From IMG/VR virus record IMGVR_UViG_3300025915_000004, positions 1-64,000 of that record: a DNA stretch of 64,000 bases; one strand, given 5' to 3'. Below the pieces are notes generated by a model. It searched no databases and was not told the DNA's origin. It worked only from the letters and a program-made list of their open reading frames with translations. Below are positions 45,451 to 55,263 of this stretch, piece by piece. This DNA comes from a virus. Lineage: Duplodnaviria > Caudoviricetes. A program made the translations under genes and the position numbers. Numbering within the stretch: the first letter of the stretch is position 1; the number at the start of each line of letters is the position of its first letter.

Positions 45451-45861
45451 TCATCTGTGCAGGCTCGCGTAGACACCCACCGCGGTCCCCGCAGCCACCG
45501 CCAGTGTCGTGATCACCGCGAGGAACTTCTGCCACGGCGACCATGATGCTTCACTCTTCGCCCGTGCATCCCGATCTGCTGTGCGCCGGGTGCTCTCCTG
45601 CTGCCGCAGCGCCTCGGCCGTCGCCACCACCGTGTCCGCCGCAGCCCGCGCAGTGGCGATGACCGTGTCCAGACTGGCCTGCATGTCGCTCGCCAGCTTC
45701 TGGAGCGACAGCTTCACCTCGGCGAGCCCGCCCACACCGCGGTCGATCGACCCGTTGATCGCTCTGAGGTGGTTCTCGTGCTCGACAAGCCGAGCCTCGA
45801 CTCCACCCTCACGCCGCCCGCGGTCGAACGCCTCCTGCGACGACTCACTCCCGGTGGTCAT
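45451..45861 (-). CDS. Coiled-coil protein with C-terminal TM segment (lysis region)
   Basis: C-terminal hydrophobic helix; follows the holin-like genes. Confidence 0.6.
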   Translation of the reverse strand: MTTGSESSQEAFDRGRREGGVEARLVEHENHLRAINGSIDRGVGGLAEVKLSLQKLASDMQASLDTVIATARAAADTVVATAEALRQQESTRRTADRDARAKSEASWSPWQKFLAVITTLAVAAGTAVGVYASLHR

Positions 45862-46231
45862 CGACTGTGTCCTTGTCCGCCCTGATCAGGTTGGTGTCAT
45901 CCCTTCGGCGCCCGCGCGGAGTGTCATGCTGCTGGACGCGGTAGATCCACCGGATGCGGTAGAGCTCGATCGACCCGGCCAGGTACAACGACCCGGTGTA
46001 GTACCAGGCGAAAAAGTTATTGCTGACGTTGATACCGAACAGTAGATGAAGAATGGTAGGCAGCAACAGCAGTGTGGTGGCGGAAGAGAATGCGATCATG
46101 CCGCGGCCCCAAGGGTTCCTCCACCAGGGTGCGAGCATGGTGTACACGGTGATGTAGGCGACCGAACAAATGAACGAGTAGTAGAAACCCGACTCCAAGA
46201 AGTCGATGACCACGCTGTCTCCCCCCTTCAT
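45845..46231 (-). CDS. Putative holin
   Basis: Three TM segments, APWWRNPWGRGM, charged C-terminus. Confidence 0.6.
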   Translation of the reverse strand: MKGGDSVVIDFLESGFYYSFICSVAYITVYTMLAPWWRNPWGRGMIAFSSATTLLLLPTILHLLFGINVSNNFFAWYYTGSLYLAGSIELYRIRWIYRVQQHDTPRGRRRDDTNLIRADKDTVDDHRE

Positions 46232-46470
46232 GCCTTTCGTCCCTCATACCCTTCACGCAGCGCTTGTGCCACACGCTCCCCAAGATGATTCACCCTTTGC
46301 ATCTCATGGAGCCTTACTATCAAACGCTGCACCTCAGGCTCTCGCGCCCTCGCCTCGGCCACCCTGAGCTTCGCGGACGCCTCGGCGTCCACGGCCTCCC
46401 GCAGGTTCTCCCGGTCCACCTCCTGCTGACCGGACTCGTCCTTTCTACTTCTCCGCAGACGCAGACGCAT
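46228..46470 (-). CDS. Small basic coiled-coil protein of the lysis region
   Basis: MRLRLRRSRKDES...VNHLGERVAQAL; start approximate. Confidence 0.5.
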   Translation of the reverse strand: MRLRLRRSRKDESGQQEVDRENLREAVDAEASAKLRVAEARAREPEVQRLIVRLHEMQRVNHLGERVAQALREGYEGRKA

Positions 46471-46768
46471 CCGGTTCCTCCTTGGGCGCGAGAGGGAGCG
46501 CGGAGATGATGCGGTTGCTGGCATAGCCCAGGTCAAGTAGGTGCTCGGCGTGCTTTGCATCAATTCTGCGTGCCTCCTCGCTGTACTCGTAGGCGCTGCG
46601 CCAACGCGAGGTTTCGGCGTTTGCCTGCGCCACTCGCTTCTCGGCATCCTCCCGGACGTCTTTGAGCTGCTTGTGCCAGACGAGCTTCCCAGTGACGATC
46701 AAAACCACGATTAAGGTGACCAGTGCGCCCGCACTGGCTTGGAGTGCGGAGGTTCCGAACCCGAACAT
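46445..46768 (-). CDS. Membrane protein with N-terminal TM segment (holin-like)
   Basis: MFGFGTSALQASAGALVTLIVVLIVTGKLVW... then a coiled coil; start approximate. Confidence 0.55.
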   Translation of the reverse strand: MFGFGTSALQASAGALVTLIVVLIVTGKLVWHKQLKDVREDAEKRVAQANAETSRWRSAYEYSEEARRIDAKHAEHLLDLGYASNRIISALPLAPKEEPDASASAEK

Positions 46769-46770
46769 CC

Positions 46771-48981
46771 TCAGTACACCTGCTGCACACCGGCGAACAG
46801 TGCCGGAATCTCGGGTGACCCCTGAATCTTCGACCACACGTCGTAGCTCTGTCCGGAGGTCAGCGTAACGACGCCGCCCGGACCCACAAGACACTGTGCG
46901 ACATAGCCCTTGATCGTGGTACCGGTCAGCCAGCTGGCCGTGTACCAGGTGACCGGTTGCGCGGGCATGGCCGGTACACCACTGGAGATCGGGAACGCCA
47001 TCTGCACGGCCAGAGGCGCCGTGGTCGGATTGATGGACGTGCCCGCCAGATCCGAGGTCCACAGGACGTTGACCTCTTGCAGGCTGATTGCGGCGATCGG
47101 CGTGAATCGGTCCATGAGCGCCACCCTCCATCTCGGGCCGGCCGCCTTAGCCGCCCATCTCGGTTGCTGTGGAACGGCACGCCACCGCGGCGGCATCTTG
47201 CCGACCCGCCAGGACACCGTGCCCGTGACACCGGGCGGAGGCAGGGCCAGTGCGTCGGCGCCATGGCCGGAGTCTGTTGCGGCCGTGCTGAGAACGACGA
47301 CGTCGAAACCGGATCCGGCATCCGTCAGCGTAAGGGACTGCGCGGTGACCGACAGGACGTCTGCGCCCGCGCCGGGCTGGGTGAAAGCCACGACGACCGC
47401 GGCCGAGTCGGCGCCTGCGGCCGTCTCGGCGAACACGGCCGCCGCCGCAGCCGACTCGGCTGCGGACCCCGCGTCGGCCAGCGTGACCGCAGTCGAGGCC
47501 GAATCGGCTCCGGATCCGCTGTCCGCCGACTGCACCGAGACGACGATCGTGTCCGATCCGGCGCCCGAGTCGGTCAACGAGACGGGCAGGGCCACCGCCA
47601 CCCCTGGCGAGAGCAGCTGCGGAGGGATCGCAGGCGCAGCGGCGGCTGGGCGCATCGGACTGAGGATCAGCGCACTGATCTGACCGGTGAGGGCGACCGA
47701 CAGTGTGTCGGCTCCCGTCCCGGTCTCGGACAGCCCGGCCGCCGCGGCGACGAACAGGGTATCGGATCCGGCTCCAGCGTCGGGCAGGGAGGGTGTACCC
47801 GGAGGAACGGCTGCCAGGGGTTGGATGAGGGGGGCGGGACCGGCTATCGGCGGGGTCGAGCCTCTCGGAGCGGTGATCAGCCCTGGCAGGAAGCTGGTGA
47901 GGACGGCCGCGAGCGCGTCCGACCCTGCGCCAGCGTCGAGTAGCGCAACGGTGTTCGCCTGCGTGTCCGTTCCGGACCCTGAGTCGGCGAGCGGTGTGAC
48001 GACGGAGAGCGCGTCAGATCCCGACCCCGCGTCGGGAAGGGCTGTCGGAACCGCCTGGGGCTGCATGAGCGCGGGCGGTGCGGCGGCAGATGACAGAGGT
48101 CTGCTCGGCGGAGTGACGAGCGGTTGGCGCAGCCACGGCAGGACGTTGAGGCTGTCCGATCCGGCGCCCGAGTCGGTCAACGAGACGTTGACTGCGGCTG
48201 CGTCGGACCCGGACCCGGTCTCGGTGAACGCGGGCGCCAGATTGCCTGGCGGCGGGAACAGCACGGGCTCGACGGGTGGCGTGACGAGCGCCTGTGTCGC
48301 GGGGGTGCGCAGGACCGGCAGCGCAACCGCCGGAGCGGACGCGGCGGGTTGGAAGGCCACCGAGACCGCGCCGCAGAACGTGGTCGAGCCTGTGGAGGTC
48401 CAGGCGTTCGTCTCTGCGCCGCCGGCGGAGTTGCCGTAGGCGACGACGACGTTTGCGTCGGCGTTGTTGTTGACGGACTTGTTGTCGACGCTCCAGCCAC
48501 CGGTGACGGAGGATGTTTCGGGTCCGCCGTCGTCGGCGAACACGGTGACGAAGAACTCGCCGGACGCGGTGTCCGAGTACGACGGGGTGCATGCGCCGGC
48601 GGATCCGAACGCACTGGCCGCACTGCCGTCGGTGGTTACCTGGATTCCGGAGACCTCGGCAATCCAGAGGCTGCCGACGACCGATGAGCTGAACTTGATC
48701 GTGATCGTGGGTTTGGTGCCCACGTCTCCGGACGGCGTGGCCACGGCGTAGAGCGCGCACTCGCCGTGGCTGTTGTTGTTGCCGAGGTTGACGACTTTGA
48801 TCAGGGAGAAGTTGTTCAGCGCGCCGTCTTGGACGCTGTTGATCGTGCCTGCGCCGGACTGTCCGACCGCGAACAGCAACACCGTGCCTGCGGTGAGGTT
48901 GGCGGTGGTGTACGAAAGCGTCCACGTGTTCGACGCGGCCGTGACGGTGTTGCTGTTGGATTGCAGGACTGACCAGGACAC
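46771..48981 (-). CDS. Large repeat-containing virion or fibre-like protein
   Basis: Beta-rich N-domain, many D(S/A)G(A/S)GSD repeats with Pro-rich spacers, C-terminal CLVGPGG...YDVW...PE domain. Confidence 0.65.
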   Translation of the reverse strand: MSWSVLQSNSNTVTAASNTWTLSYTTANLTAGTVLLFAVGQSGAGTINSVQDGALNNFSLIKVVNLGNNNSHGECALYAVATPSGDVGTKPTITIKFSSSVVGSLWIAEVSGIQVTTDGSAASAFGSAGACTPSYSDTASGEFFVTVFADDGGPETSSVTGGWSVDNKSVNNNADANVVVAYGNSAGGAETNAWTSTGSTTFCGAVSVAFQPAASAPAVALPVLRTPATQALVTPPVEPVLFPPPGNLAPAFTETGSGSDAAAVNVSLTDSGAGSDSLNVLPWLRQPLVTPPSRPLSSAAAPPALMQPQAVPTALPDAGSGSDALSVVTPLADSGSGTDTQANTVALLDAGAGSDALAAVLTSFLPGLITAPRGSTPPIAGPAPLIQPLAAVPPGTPSLPDAGAGSDTLFVAAAAGLSETGTGADTLSVALTGQISALILSPMRPAAAAPAIPPQLLSPGVAVALPVSLTDSGAGSDTIVVSVQSADSGSGADSASTAVTLADAGSAAESAAAAAVFAETAAGADSAAVVVAFTQPGAGADVLSVTAQSLTLTDAGSGFDVVVLSTAATDSGHGADALALPPPGVTGTVSWRVGKMPPRWRAVPQQPRWAAKAAGPRWRVALMDRFTPIAAISLQEVNVLWTSDLAGTSINPTTAPLAVQMAFPISSGVPAMPAQPVTWYTASWLTGTTIKGYVAQCLVGPGGVVTLTSGQSYDVWSKIQGSPEIPALFAGVQQVY

Positions 48982-49070
48982 GGCCGCCCCCGACTAGTTC
49001 AGCGATCCACGGTCAGCGGCGTACCCGCTTCCGCGCTCGGTACGTTCCGCTGAGCCATGGCCGGTCCTCC

Positions 49071-49394
49071 CTAGCTGAGAGGGCCGATGACGACGCGCTG
49101 GCTCGTCCCGAACTTGTACGTGCCCGGCGTGACGTATCCGGACGGCGGCGCCGTCAGCTGGCCCGTGTTGTACAGCTGGTAGAGCGCTTCGGCGTCGGCC
49201 GACGCGTTGAGGGCGGCTTGCGCGGATGCGGCGTCCATGCCCGCGGCCACCAGGTCAGCTGAGGAGTAAGCGCTGATCCATTGGTACAGGTTGTTGCAGT
49301 CGTCCAGCGCGTTGCGCAGTGCGAGCAGCTTGGACTGGACGTTGTTGACGATGTACTGCGCGGTGATTCCCTCGGGGAATCCGATGCCTGACAT
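49071..49394 (-). CDS. Hypothetical tail-region protein
   Basis: ATG with AGAAGAG SD; tail operon position. Confidence 0.6.
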   Translation of the reverse strand: MSGIGFPEGITAQYIVNNVQSKLLALRNALDDCNNLYQWISAYSSADLVAAGMDAASAQAALNASADAEALYQLYNTGQLTAPPSGYVTPGTYKFGTSQRVVIGPLS

Positions 49395-49430
49395 GGGCTC
49401 TCTTCTAACGGAGGGAGGAGCGCGGACGGC

Positions 49431-49901
49431 TTACTCGGCGACCTTGATGTAGCAGTCATAGGTGACTGCCTGTGCGGAGATTTGCCAGAGCACGATCGTG
49501 TTGATCGTCGCGCCGGCCCACATGGTGAACTCGCCGGGGTTCCAGGTCCAGATGATGCCGGCTCCGGCCACGGCCTGAAGGTCGGCGCGGCGCCGGAACG
49601 TGCCGGGTGCGGTCGGCGCGGTGCCCCAGGTGGCGGCGACCGTGGTGTTGCCCGCGATGGTGTCGAAGGTGTTGGTCGCCTGCACGGTGGAGATCGTGCC
49701 CGGCGTCACGCCGATGGCTGCGGGCTGGCCGAGGCCGATCTGCGCGACACCCGCACCAGGGGTGTTGAGGAAGACGCCGACTTCGCGGATCTCCGGCGGG
49801 CGCTTTCCGGCGGCGAGCGTCGCAGGGATGATCTCGATGAAGGGTGCTGCCGCGGCGCCGGTGGTCTTGGTCCACCCGACTTCGTAGAGGTGCTCTGCCA
49901 T
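49431..49901 (-). CDS. Hypothetical beta-rich tail-region protein
   Basis: AGGGAG SD. Confidence 0.65.
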   Translation of the reverse strand: MAEHLYEVGWTKTTGAAAAPFIEIIPATLAAGKRPPEIREVGVFLNTPGAGVAQIGLGQPAAIGVTPGTISTVQATNTFDTIAGNTTVAATWGTAPTAPGTFRRRADLQAVAGAGIIWTWNPGEFTMWAGATINTIVLWQISAQAVTYDCYIKVAE

Positions 49902-49913
49902 TGCCGTTTCTCC

Positions 49914-50597
49914 CTAGGTGAAGCTCAGCGTGACCGTGACGGTCCACGTGGTGCCAGCGCCCTTGGTGCCGGGGGTGGCCAGGCCGTGATTGACCATGTC
50001 GGCGACTGCGGCCGTGGTGTTCGAACCGCCGGTCGCGGTGCCGGAGTCGACGGCGAACTCCTGCCAGGCGGCTCCGGTGCCGAAGGCGGAGGTGAAGCTC
50101 GCGACGAAGGCGACGGTGACCGGCGCGGCGGTGTCGGTGATCGTCGGTGCTGCGCCGCACAGGACCCAGTTGCTCGTGCCGGTCAGGCCGGTGACCGACG
50201 TCAGCGCCGTGTCGCCAAAGGCCGGCGTGGTCGATCCGGTGCCGATGCCGATCCGGCCGACGGTGGCGGAGAACTGCGTGTTGTGCGTGCCGCCGTTCCA
50301 GTTGGCCGCGAGCAGGCAGTGGTCCCACCCCGCCTTGGTGATCAGATTGCAGTCGTCCTTGCTGTAGACGTCGCATGGCGCGACGCCGAGCCGCAGGAAT
50401 CGCCGCTTCGGCAGTTGCAGCCCTGGCACGTCGCCGAGCTTGACCGCGCCCAGGTGCCCGTACAGCTTCCGGGTCACCCAGTCGCTTTGATCCGCGTCCC
50501 ACTTCTCGACCAGGATGCTGCCCTGTTCCCGGCCGCCGTCCGTCAGCATAGAGCCGACACCCATTCCATCGCCCGCCTGTCCCTGGTCTCCGGCCAC
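49914..50597 (-). CDS. Hypothetical tail-region protein
   Basis: AGGGAGG SD; IGIGTGSTTPAFGDTAL and WQEF motifs. Confidence 0.65.
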   Translation of the reverse strand: MAGDQGQAGDGMGVGSMLTDGGREQGSILVEKWDADQSDWVTRKLYGHLGAVKLGDVPGLQLPKRRFLRLGVAPCDVYSKDDCNLITKAGWDHCLLAANWNGGTHNTQFSATVGRIGIGTGSTTPAFGDTALTSVTGLTGTSNWVLCGAAPTITDTAAPVTVAFVASFTSAFGTGAAWQEFAVDSGTATGGSNTTAAVADMVNHGLATPGTKGAGTTWTVTVTLSFT

Positions 50598-50654
50598 TGC
50601 CTGCCTCCCTGCGTTCTTGCGGTCATTGTGCTCTCTGCGGTCACACTGCGACAG

Positions 50655-53600
50655 CTATGTGATCCGGATGATGGCGTCCACGTTGAAGTTGGTGTTCGAT
50701 ACGGTCGGATTGTTGATCAATGACACGTTTCCGCTGGTATCGATGGTTCCGACGTTCGGGGTGATGGTCGTCGATTGCTGCCCGTTGACATTGAACCGCT
50801 GCGAGTTGACGGGGTTGTAGTACCCCGATGGCAGAACGAAGATCGTCGCGGCGGGCGTCGTGGACGTGTTGTGGAAGACCCCCGACAGGTGGACGTTGCC
50901 GTCCGGCAGCAGGCGGTACTGAAACGCCTCGACGTTGCCGCTGGATGGCCCGATGGCCCAGCCGGATCCCACACCGCCCGGCGTGTGCCAGACCTCTTCG
51001 ACTGCGGGCGATGATCCCGGCTGAACGGCCGCCAGTCCGTTGACCATGACACCGACCGGCACCGAGTTGCCGTACACGTCGGTGAAGGCCGTTCCGGAGA
51101 ATGACGCGATCAGGGCCACCGACGCGGTGTAGGTGACCTTCAGCTGGCCGGCCGCCCCGGCGCCGGACGAGACCGGGCTGGTTCCGGTGTGGCTGGTGAC
51201 GGACAGGTGGGGTGCGTTCCCTCCGGTACCGCCCTGGAAGTATCCGTAGTAGTTCAGGCTCTGGTTGGGTGCGTGGAAGTACAGGCTCTGCGCCGACCCG
51301 CTCTGGAACGCTGATCCGACGCTGTTCGGGACGGAGAAGGTCGCCGTCTTTCCTTCCCCGATCGCGTAGCTTCCGATGTGTGTGGAGGACGGGATGGAGA
51401 TGGGTGAGGGGAACGAGCTGACCCCGGAGTAGTCGAGGTAGACCGTCATCCCGGAGTTGTACCAGGAGTGCAGGCAGTCCACGGTGATGCTGACGGAGTC
51501 GATCGTCCGACCGCTCAGCGCGCTGACGATGGCCGATGAGTTGAAGTGCGCGAAGCTGAAGAACGTGCCCAGGCTCGGGTCGTTCGCGCAGCCCTGCTGC
51601 ATGTTGCCGTTGGTGTTGCTCAGGGTGCGCGGGAAACCCTCGGTGTTGTCGGCGCCGTAGTAGGAGTAGGTCCCGGTCGGGTAGAAGGTGTCCGTCCGGC
51701 TGCTGGATCCTCCGTTGTCTCCCGAGCCGCCGCCGCCTCCACCAGGTGCGGTGCCGCCTGATCCTGCGGCTCCGAAGTTGCCGCCTGTGCCTCCATTGCC
51801 TCCGCCGGCCGGCGCGGTACCGCCTCCGCCGCCGCTGCTGTTGTGCGGTGAGTCGCTGCCGTCTCCGCCGACCGCGGCCGGGCCCGCCGAACTGCCTCCG
51901 CCTCCGCCGCCGCCGTTGGGTCCGTATCCGTTGCCGCCGTTGCCGCCGTGGTTGCGGATGGTGTTGGTGGATCCTGCTCCGCCGAGGCCGCCGATCCAGA
52001 AGCCCGACGGATTGGTACCGCCGCCTTGGCCGCCGTACGCGTAGACGCTGCGTGCGTCGAACCAGGTGTCGTTACCCTTGCCGCCCCTGCCGTTGGTTGT
52101 CCCGGCGCCTCCGGCGCCCACGTTGTATGTGTAGTCCTGGCCTTCGACGATCGGGTAGTTGGGTTCGCAGGCGTACTCGCCTCCGCCGCCTCCGCCGCCG
52201 CCTGACGCGGAGGTGTTGTTGCCTCCGCCGCCGCCGCCGCCCCAGCATTCGATCTTCGCGGTGCCGGTGGACCCCGCCGGCGCCGTCCATGTGCCTTCGC
52301 CGGAGAGCGTGGTCGTGGCTGTGGTCTTCGCGTAGATCAGCAGTCTGCCGCCGACTGTGTCGAAGACGATGTCCGTCTCCAGGATGGTGCCGCCGACCAC
52401 GCTGGGGTTGTTGATCGTTGAGTTGTCGATGTTGCTGAAGTTGATCTCGCTTTGTTCGATGTCGGCGTTGGAGATGCCGATACCCGTCAGCTGGCCCTGT
52501 GTCGCAGTCAGCCCGGCCTCGTAGGGGTTGCCGAAGACGTCCACGCCGTCGGCCGCCGCCCATGATCCGATCAGGTTGCCGAACGTGCCGATGCCGTTGT
52601 AGATGAACGCGCCTGAACCCGAGCCGGAAGTGTCGAGGATCAGCGTCGCGGTCTCGACGATCGTGCCGTCGATGATTCCGGCGACGACCGTGCCGGCCGC
52701 GATTTGGATCGCGGTGACCGTCCCCGCCTGGATCAGCGCGCCGGGTACCTGCGGCAGCGCGACGACGGCCTGGCCGTACATCGTGTACTGGCTGCCCATT
52801 CCCGGCGTGAAGAAGACGGGCCCGGCCGAGTTGACTCCGGACGGCGCGGTGATGACCGAGGTGACCTGCGTCCAGGTGTTCGCGGACACCGGGGTCACCT
52901 CGGTGACATCGGCGATCCACACGCCGTTGAGCAGGAACGACAGACCGAGGGACACCGACGTCCCCGGTGTGTAGAACAGGCCGGTGACCAGGTACTGCTG
53001 TCCGGGGACGACGGGGAAAGCAGGCGGGCCCGGCTCGTACGCGGTGCCGCCGCCGGTGACGTTGGATATCAGGCGCAGCGCATACGTGTAAGGCGACCCG
53101 GCCGGCTGGTTGGTGACGACGCTGACCACGCCAGGGGTGCCGAGGAAACCCGCCCCCGCCAGAGGCATCAGCGATGGTGCGGCGGACGGCTGCAAGGTCG
53201 GCGATTGGAACGCCGTGCCGACGACCCGTGACGCGGCGGATCCTCCGACGATGTCCGAGGTCGGCTGCTGCGGATAGGGGTAGGGAGAGGCGGAGTCCTG
53301 GCTGGCGACGGTGATCGAGGCGCCGGGTGTGCCGCCTCCGCTCGCCCAACCCGCGCCGTCGCCGCCGGTGAGGTACGGATTGGCGTTGAGGACGCCGATG
53401 TATCCGATCTCGCTGGCGGTGATCGGCGAGATCAGCGCTGCCTGGGGTATGCCGGGTACCTCGGTGCTGACCGCGCTCTTGTTGCCGGAGGTGTTCACCG
53501 CCACCAGGCCGATATAGAAGGTGGTGGTGGACGCCAATGGCTGAATGGTGATCTGGCCGGCTTTGAGCAGCGTCCCGCGCAGCGTGGTTCCGCTGGGTGT

Positions 53601-53966
53601 GAATCCGGGGGTCGCAGAGAGGTGCACTTCGATATCGGCGAAGTCGGCCGGCTGCGCCGCTCCGCCGGTGAACGTGCCATCCCAGATGGCCGTCAGACCG
53701 CCCGGAGCGGGGACCACACCGGGTGCCGAGGGGACCGGTGGTGCCGGGCCGTTCTGGTCGACCGTGGTGACGGTGCCGTCGGGCTGGACGCCGATCGTCT
53801 GGCGCACCGTGCCGCCGCTCAGGACGAGAAGTGTTCCGTCGTCGATGCTGGATCGGCCGAGCTGGCTGCGGGTCTGCCCCTGCTGGATCAGCCGGACCTT
53901 CTGTTGGAGCTTGGCCAGCTCCTTGTTGATGGCGGCGACCGCTCTAGCCAGCTGCGGATCGATCAT
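50655..53966 (-). CDS. Large minor tail / tail-tip fibre protein
   Basis: ATG at 53966 overlaps the upstream stop; FnIII-like, CBM-like and Gly-rich segments. The 1608-aa track ORF is over-extended. Confidence 0.8.
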   Translation of the reverse strand: MIDPQLARAVAAINKELAKLQQKVRLIQQGQTRSQLGRSSIDDGTLLVLSGGTVRQTIGVQPDGTVTTVDQNGPAPPVPSAPGVVPAPGGLTAIWDGTFTGGAAQPADFADIEVHLSATPGFTPSGTTLRGTLLKAGQITIQPLASTTTFYIGLVAVNTSGNKSAVSTEVPGIPQAALISPITASEIGYIGVLNANPYLTGGDGAGWASGGGTPGASITVASQDSASPYPYPQQPTSDIVGGSAASRVVGTAFQSPTLQPSAAPSLMPLAGAGFLGTPGVVSVVTNQPAGSPYTYALRLISNVTGGGTAYEPGPPAFPVVPGQQYLVTGLFYTPGTSVSLGLSFLLNGVWIADVTEVTPVSANTWTQVTSVITAPSGVNSAGPVFFTPGMGSQYTMYGQAVVALPQVPGALIQAGTVTAIQIAAGTVVAGIIDGTIVETATLILDTSGSGSGAFIYNGIGTFGNLIGSWAAADGVDVFGNPYEAGLTATQGQLTGIGISNADIEQSEINFSNIDNSTINNPSVVGGTILETDIVFDTVGGRLLIYAKTTATTTLSGEGTWTAPAGSTGTAKIECWGGGGGGGNNTSASGGGGGGGGEYACEPNYPIVEGQDYTYNVGAGGAGTTNGRGGKGNDTWFDARSVYAYGGQGGGTNPSGFWIGGLGGAGSTNTIRNHGGNGGNGYGPNGGGGGGGSSAGPAAVGGDGSDSPHNSSGGGGGTAPAGGGNGGTGGNFGAAGSGGTAPGGGGGGSGDNGGSSSRTDTFYPTGTYSYYGADNTEGFPRTLSNTNGNMQQGCANDPSLGTFFSFAHFNSSAIVSALSGRTIDSVSITVDCLHSWYNSGMTVYLDYSGVSSFPSPISIPSSTHIGSYAIGEGKTATFSVPNSVGSAFQSGSAQSLYFHAPNQSLNYYGYFQGGTGGNAPHLSVTSHTGTSPVSSGAGAAGQLKVTYTASVALIASFSGTAFTDVYGNSVPVGVMVNGLAAVQPGSSPAVEEVWHTPGGVGSGWAIGPSSGNVEAFQYRLLPDGNVHLSGVFHNTSTTPAATIFVLPSGYYNPVNSQRFNVNGQQSTTITPNVGTIDTSGNVSLINNPTVSNTNFNVDAIIRIT

Positions 53967-55258
53967 GACGCCACCGTAGTGCCGGACGGCTCGTAGGTGA
54001 ACGAGTCGCTTCGGGCCATGGTCAGTGTTCCGGTCCTGGTGGCCGGCTGGTACGTGTAGGAGGTGATCCGGTGCCAGATGTCCTGTCCGGCCAGCCAGCC
54101 GTTGCGGACCGACACCAGGATGTCGTCGCCCTGGGCGAAGCTGCCCAGCGGTGCGTCCGGATGGTTCACCCACGTGCAGCTGTCGATCTGCCCGGCCAGG
54201 GGGGACTTGAGCGCGGTGAGCACGCGCTGGGCGAGTACCGAGAGCTGCCCCGCGTCGGTGACGGTCTGGTTGACGACGGAGCCGCACCGGCGCAGCCGGT
54301 TCGCGTCGGGAGCTCCGATCGAGGCGCGCACCGCGGTCGACCCGGTGCCCGCGCCTACCCCGAGCAGCTCGTTGGCGTAGCTGGTCCCGTTGCGGGACGT
54401 CGTGGCCAGCTGGCTGATGTTCTGGCCTTCGACGAACCGCAGGTTCTGCTGCCGGGTGCCGATCCGCGGATAGCCGAGAATCAACCGGTGGGAGACGGCA
54501 TTCTGCGTCGAGTCCGTCCACGCGTGCGATTCGGACATGTCGAACGGTGTGCCCTGTGCGAGATCGGACAGCGTCTGGCCGCAGTCGGAGGCGTTGTACC
54601 AGGCCAGAGTGTAAGGAGCCAGGGCCGTGATGACGGGGGCTCCGGCGGGTACGTTGCCGGTGGCGGGCAGCACCTGGAGTGTGTATCCGTTGGCCTGGCG
54701 GTTGGCCGTGGTGTTCAGCGTCTGGATCTGGGCCAGGGTCAGGTTGTTCGCCGTCGCGATCTGCGTCAACGTCTGGTTGCCGGGCGCTACGACATATTGG
54801 GCTGCACCGACTCGGGATGTGCTGGCCGTGGTGTCGACGGACAGCCCGAGGTTCCCGTTCGGTTGAGATTGCAAGTAAGACCAGAGGTAGCGCACCACGT
54901 TGAGGGGGTCGACGGCGTTCTGCGAGTAGACGGCGCCGTTGTAGATGTTGCCGTTCGGGTAGCCGCGGAAGCCGACCGCGTTCAGGACCCAGCCGGGCCC
55001 GGTGAAGTCGGAGTCCACGAGCAGGCCGCCCCAGCGGATGACGCCGGACTCGACGGCGTAGAGCGCGGTGGACCATTCGTCGAAGATCGGCCGTCCGTCG
55101 CTGCCGATGCGCTCCTTGTCCTGCGGGGTGATCGTCCCCTGGAACTGGTCGGTCGACAGGTCCCAGGTCATCGTGACGCCCGACATCTGGGCGCCGACCC
55201 GGTCCAGCCAGGTGCCGTCCAGGATGCGCTGAGCGATGATCTGCCAGTTCTCTGCCAT
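53963..55258 (-). CDS. Minor tail (hub/Tal-like) protein with a LysM-like insertion
   Basis: RWGGLL, GYPRIG, FVEGQNI; insert YVVAPGNQTLTQIATANNLTLAQIQTLN. Confidence 0.75.
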   Translation of the reverse strand: MAENWQIIAQRILDGTWLDRVGAQMSGVTMTWDLSTDQFQGTITPQDKERIGSDGRPIFDEWSTALYAVESGVIRWGGLLVDSDFTGPGWVLNAVGFRGYPNGNIYNGAVYSQNAVDPLNVVRYLWSYLQSQPNGNLGLSVDTTASTSRVGAAQYVVAPGNQTLTQIATANNLTLAQIQTLNTTANRQANGYTLQVLPATGNVPAGAPVITALAPYTLAWYNASDCGQTLSDLAQGTPFDMSESHAWTDSTQNAVSHRLILGYPRIGTRQQNLRFVEGQNISQLATTSRNGTSYANELLGVGAGTGSTAVRASIGAPDANRLRRCGSVVNQTVTDAGQLSVLAQRVLTALKSPLAGQIDSCTWVNHPDAPLGSFAQGDDILVSVRNGWLAGQDIWHRITSYTYQPATRTGTLTMARSDSFTYEPSGTTVAS

Positions 55259-55263
55259 GCCGC

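Noticed and set aside
23713-45457. One-mismatch copies of the TTGTCATCAG core at 23713, 32568 and 45448
   Set aside because: Wrong orientation or inside coding sequence, and with no matching -10 context; may be chance. Keep for a formal scan.
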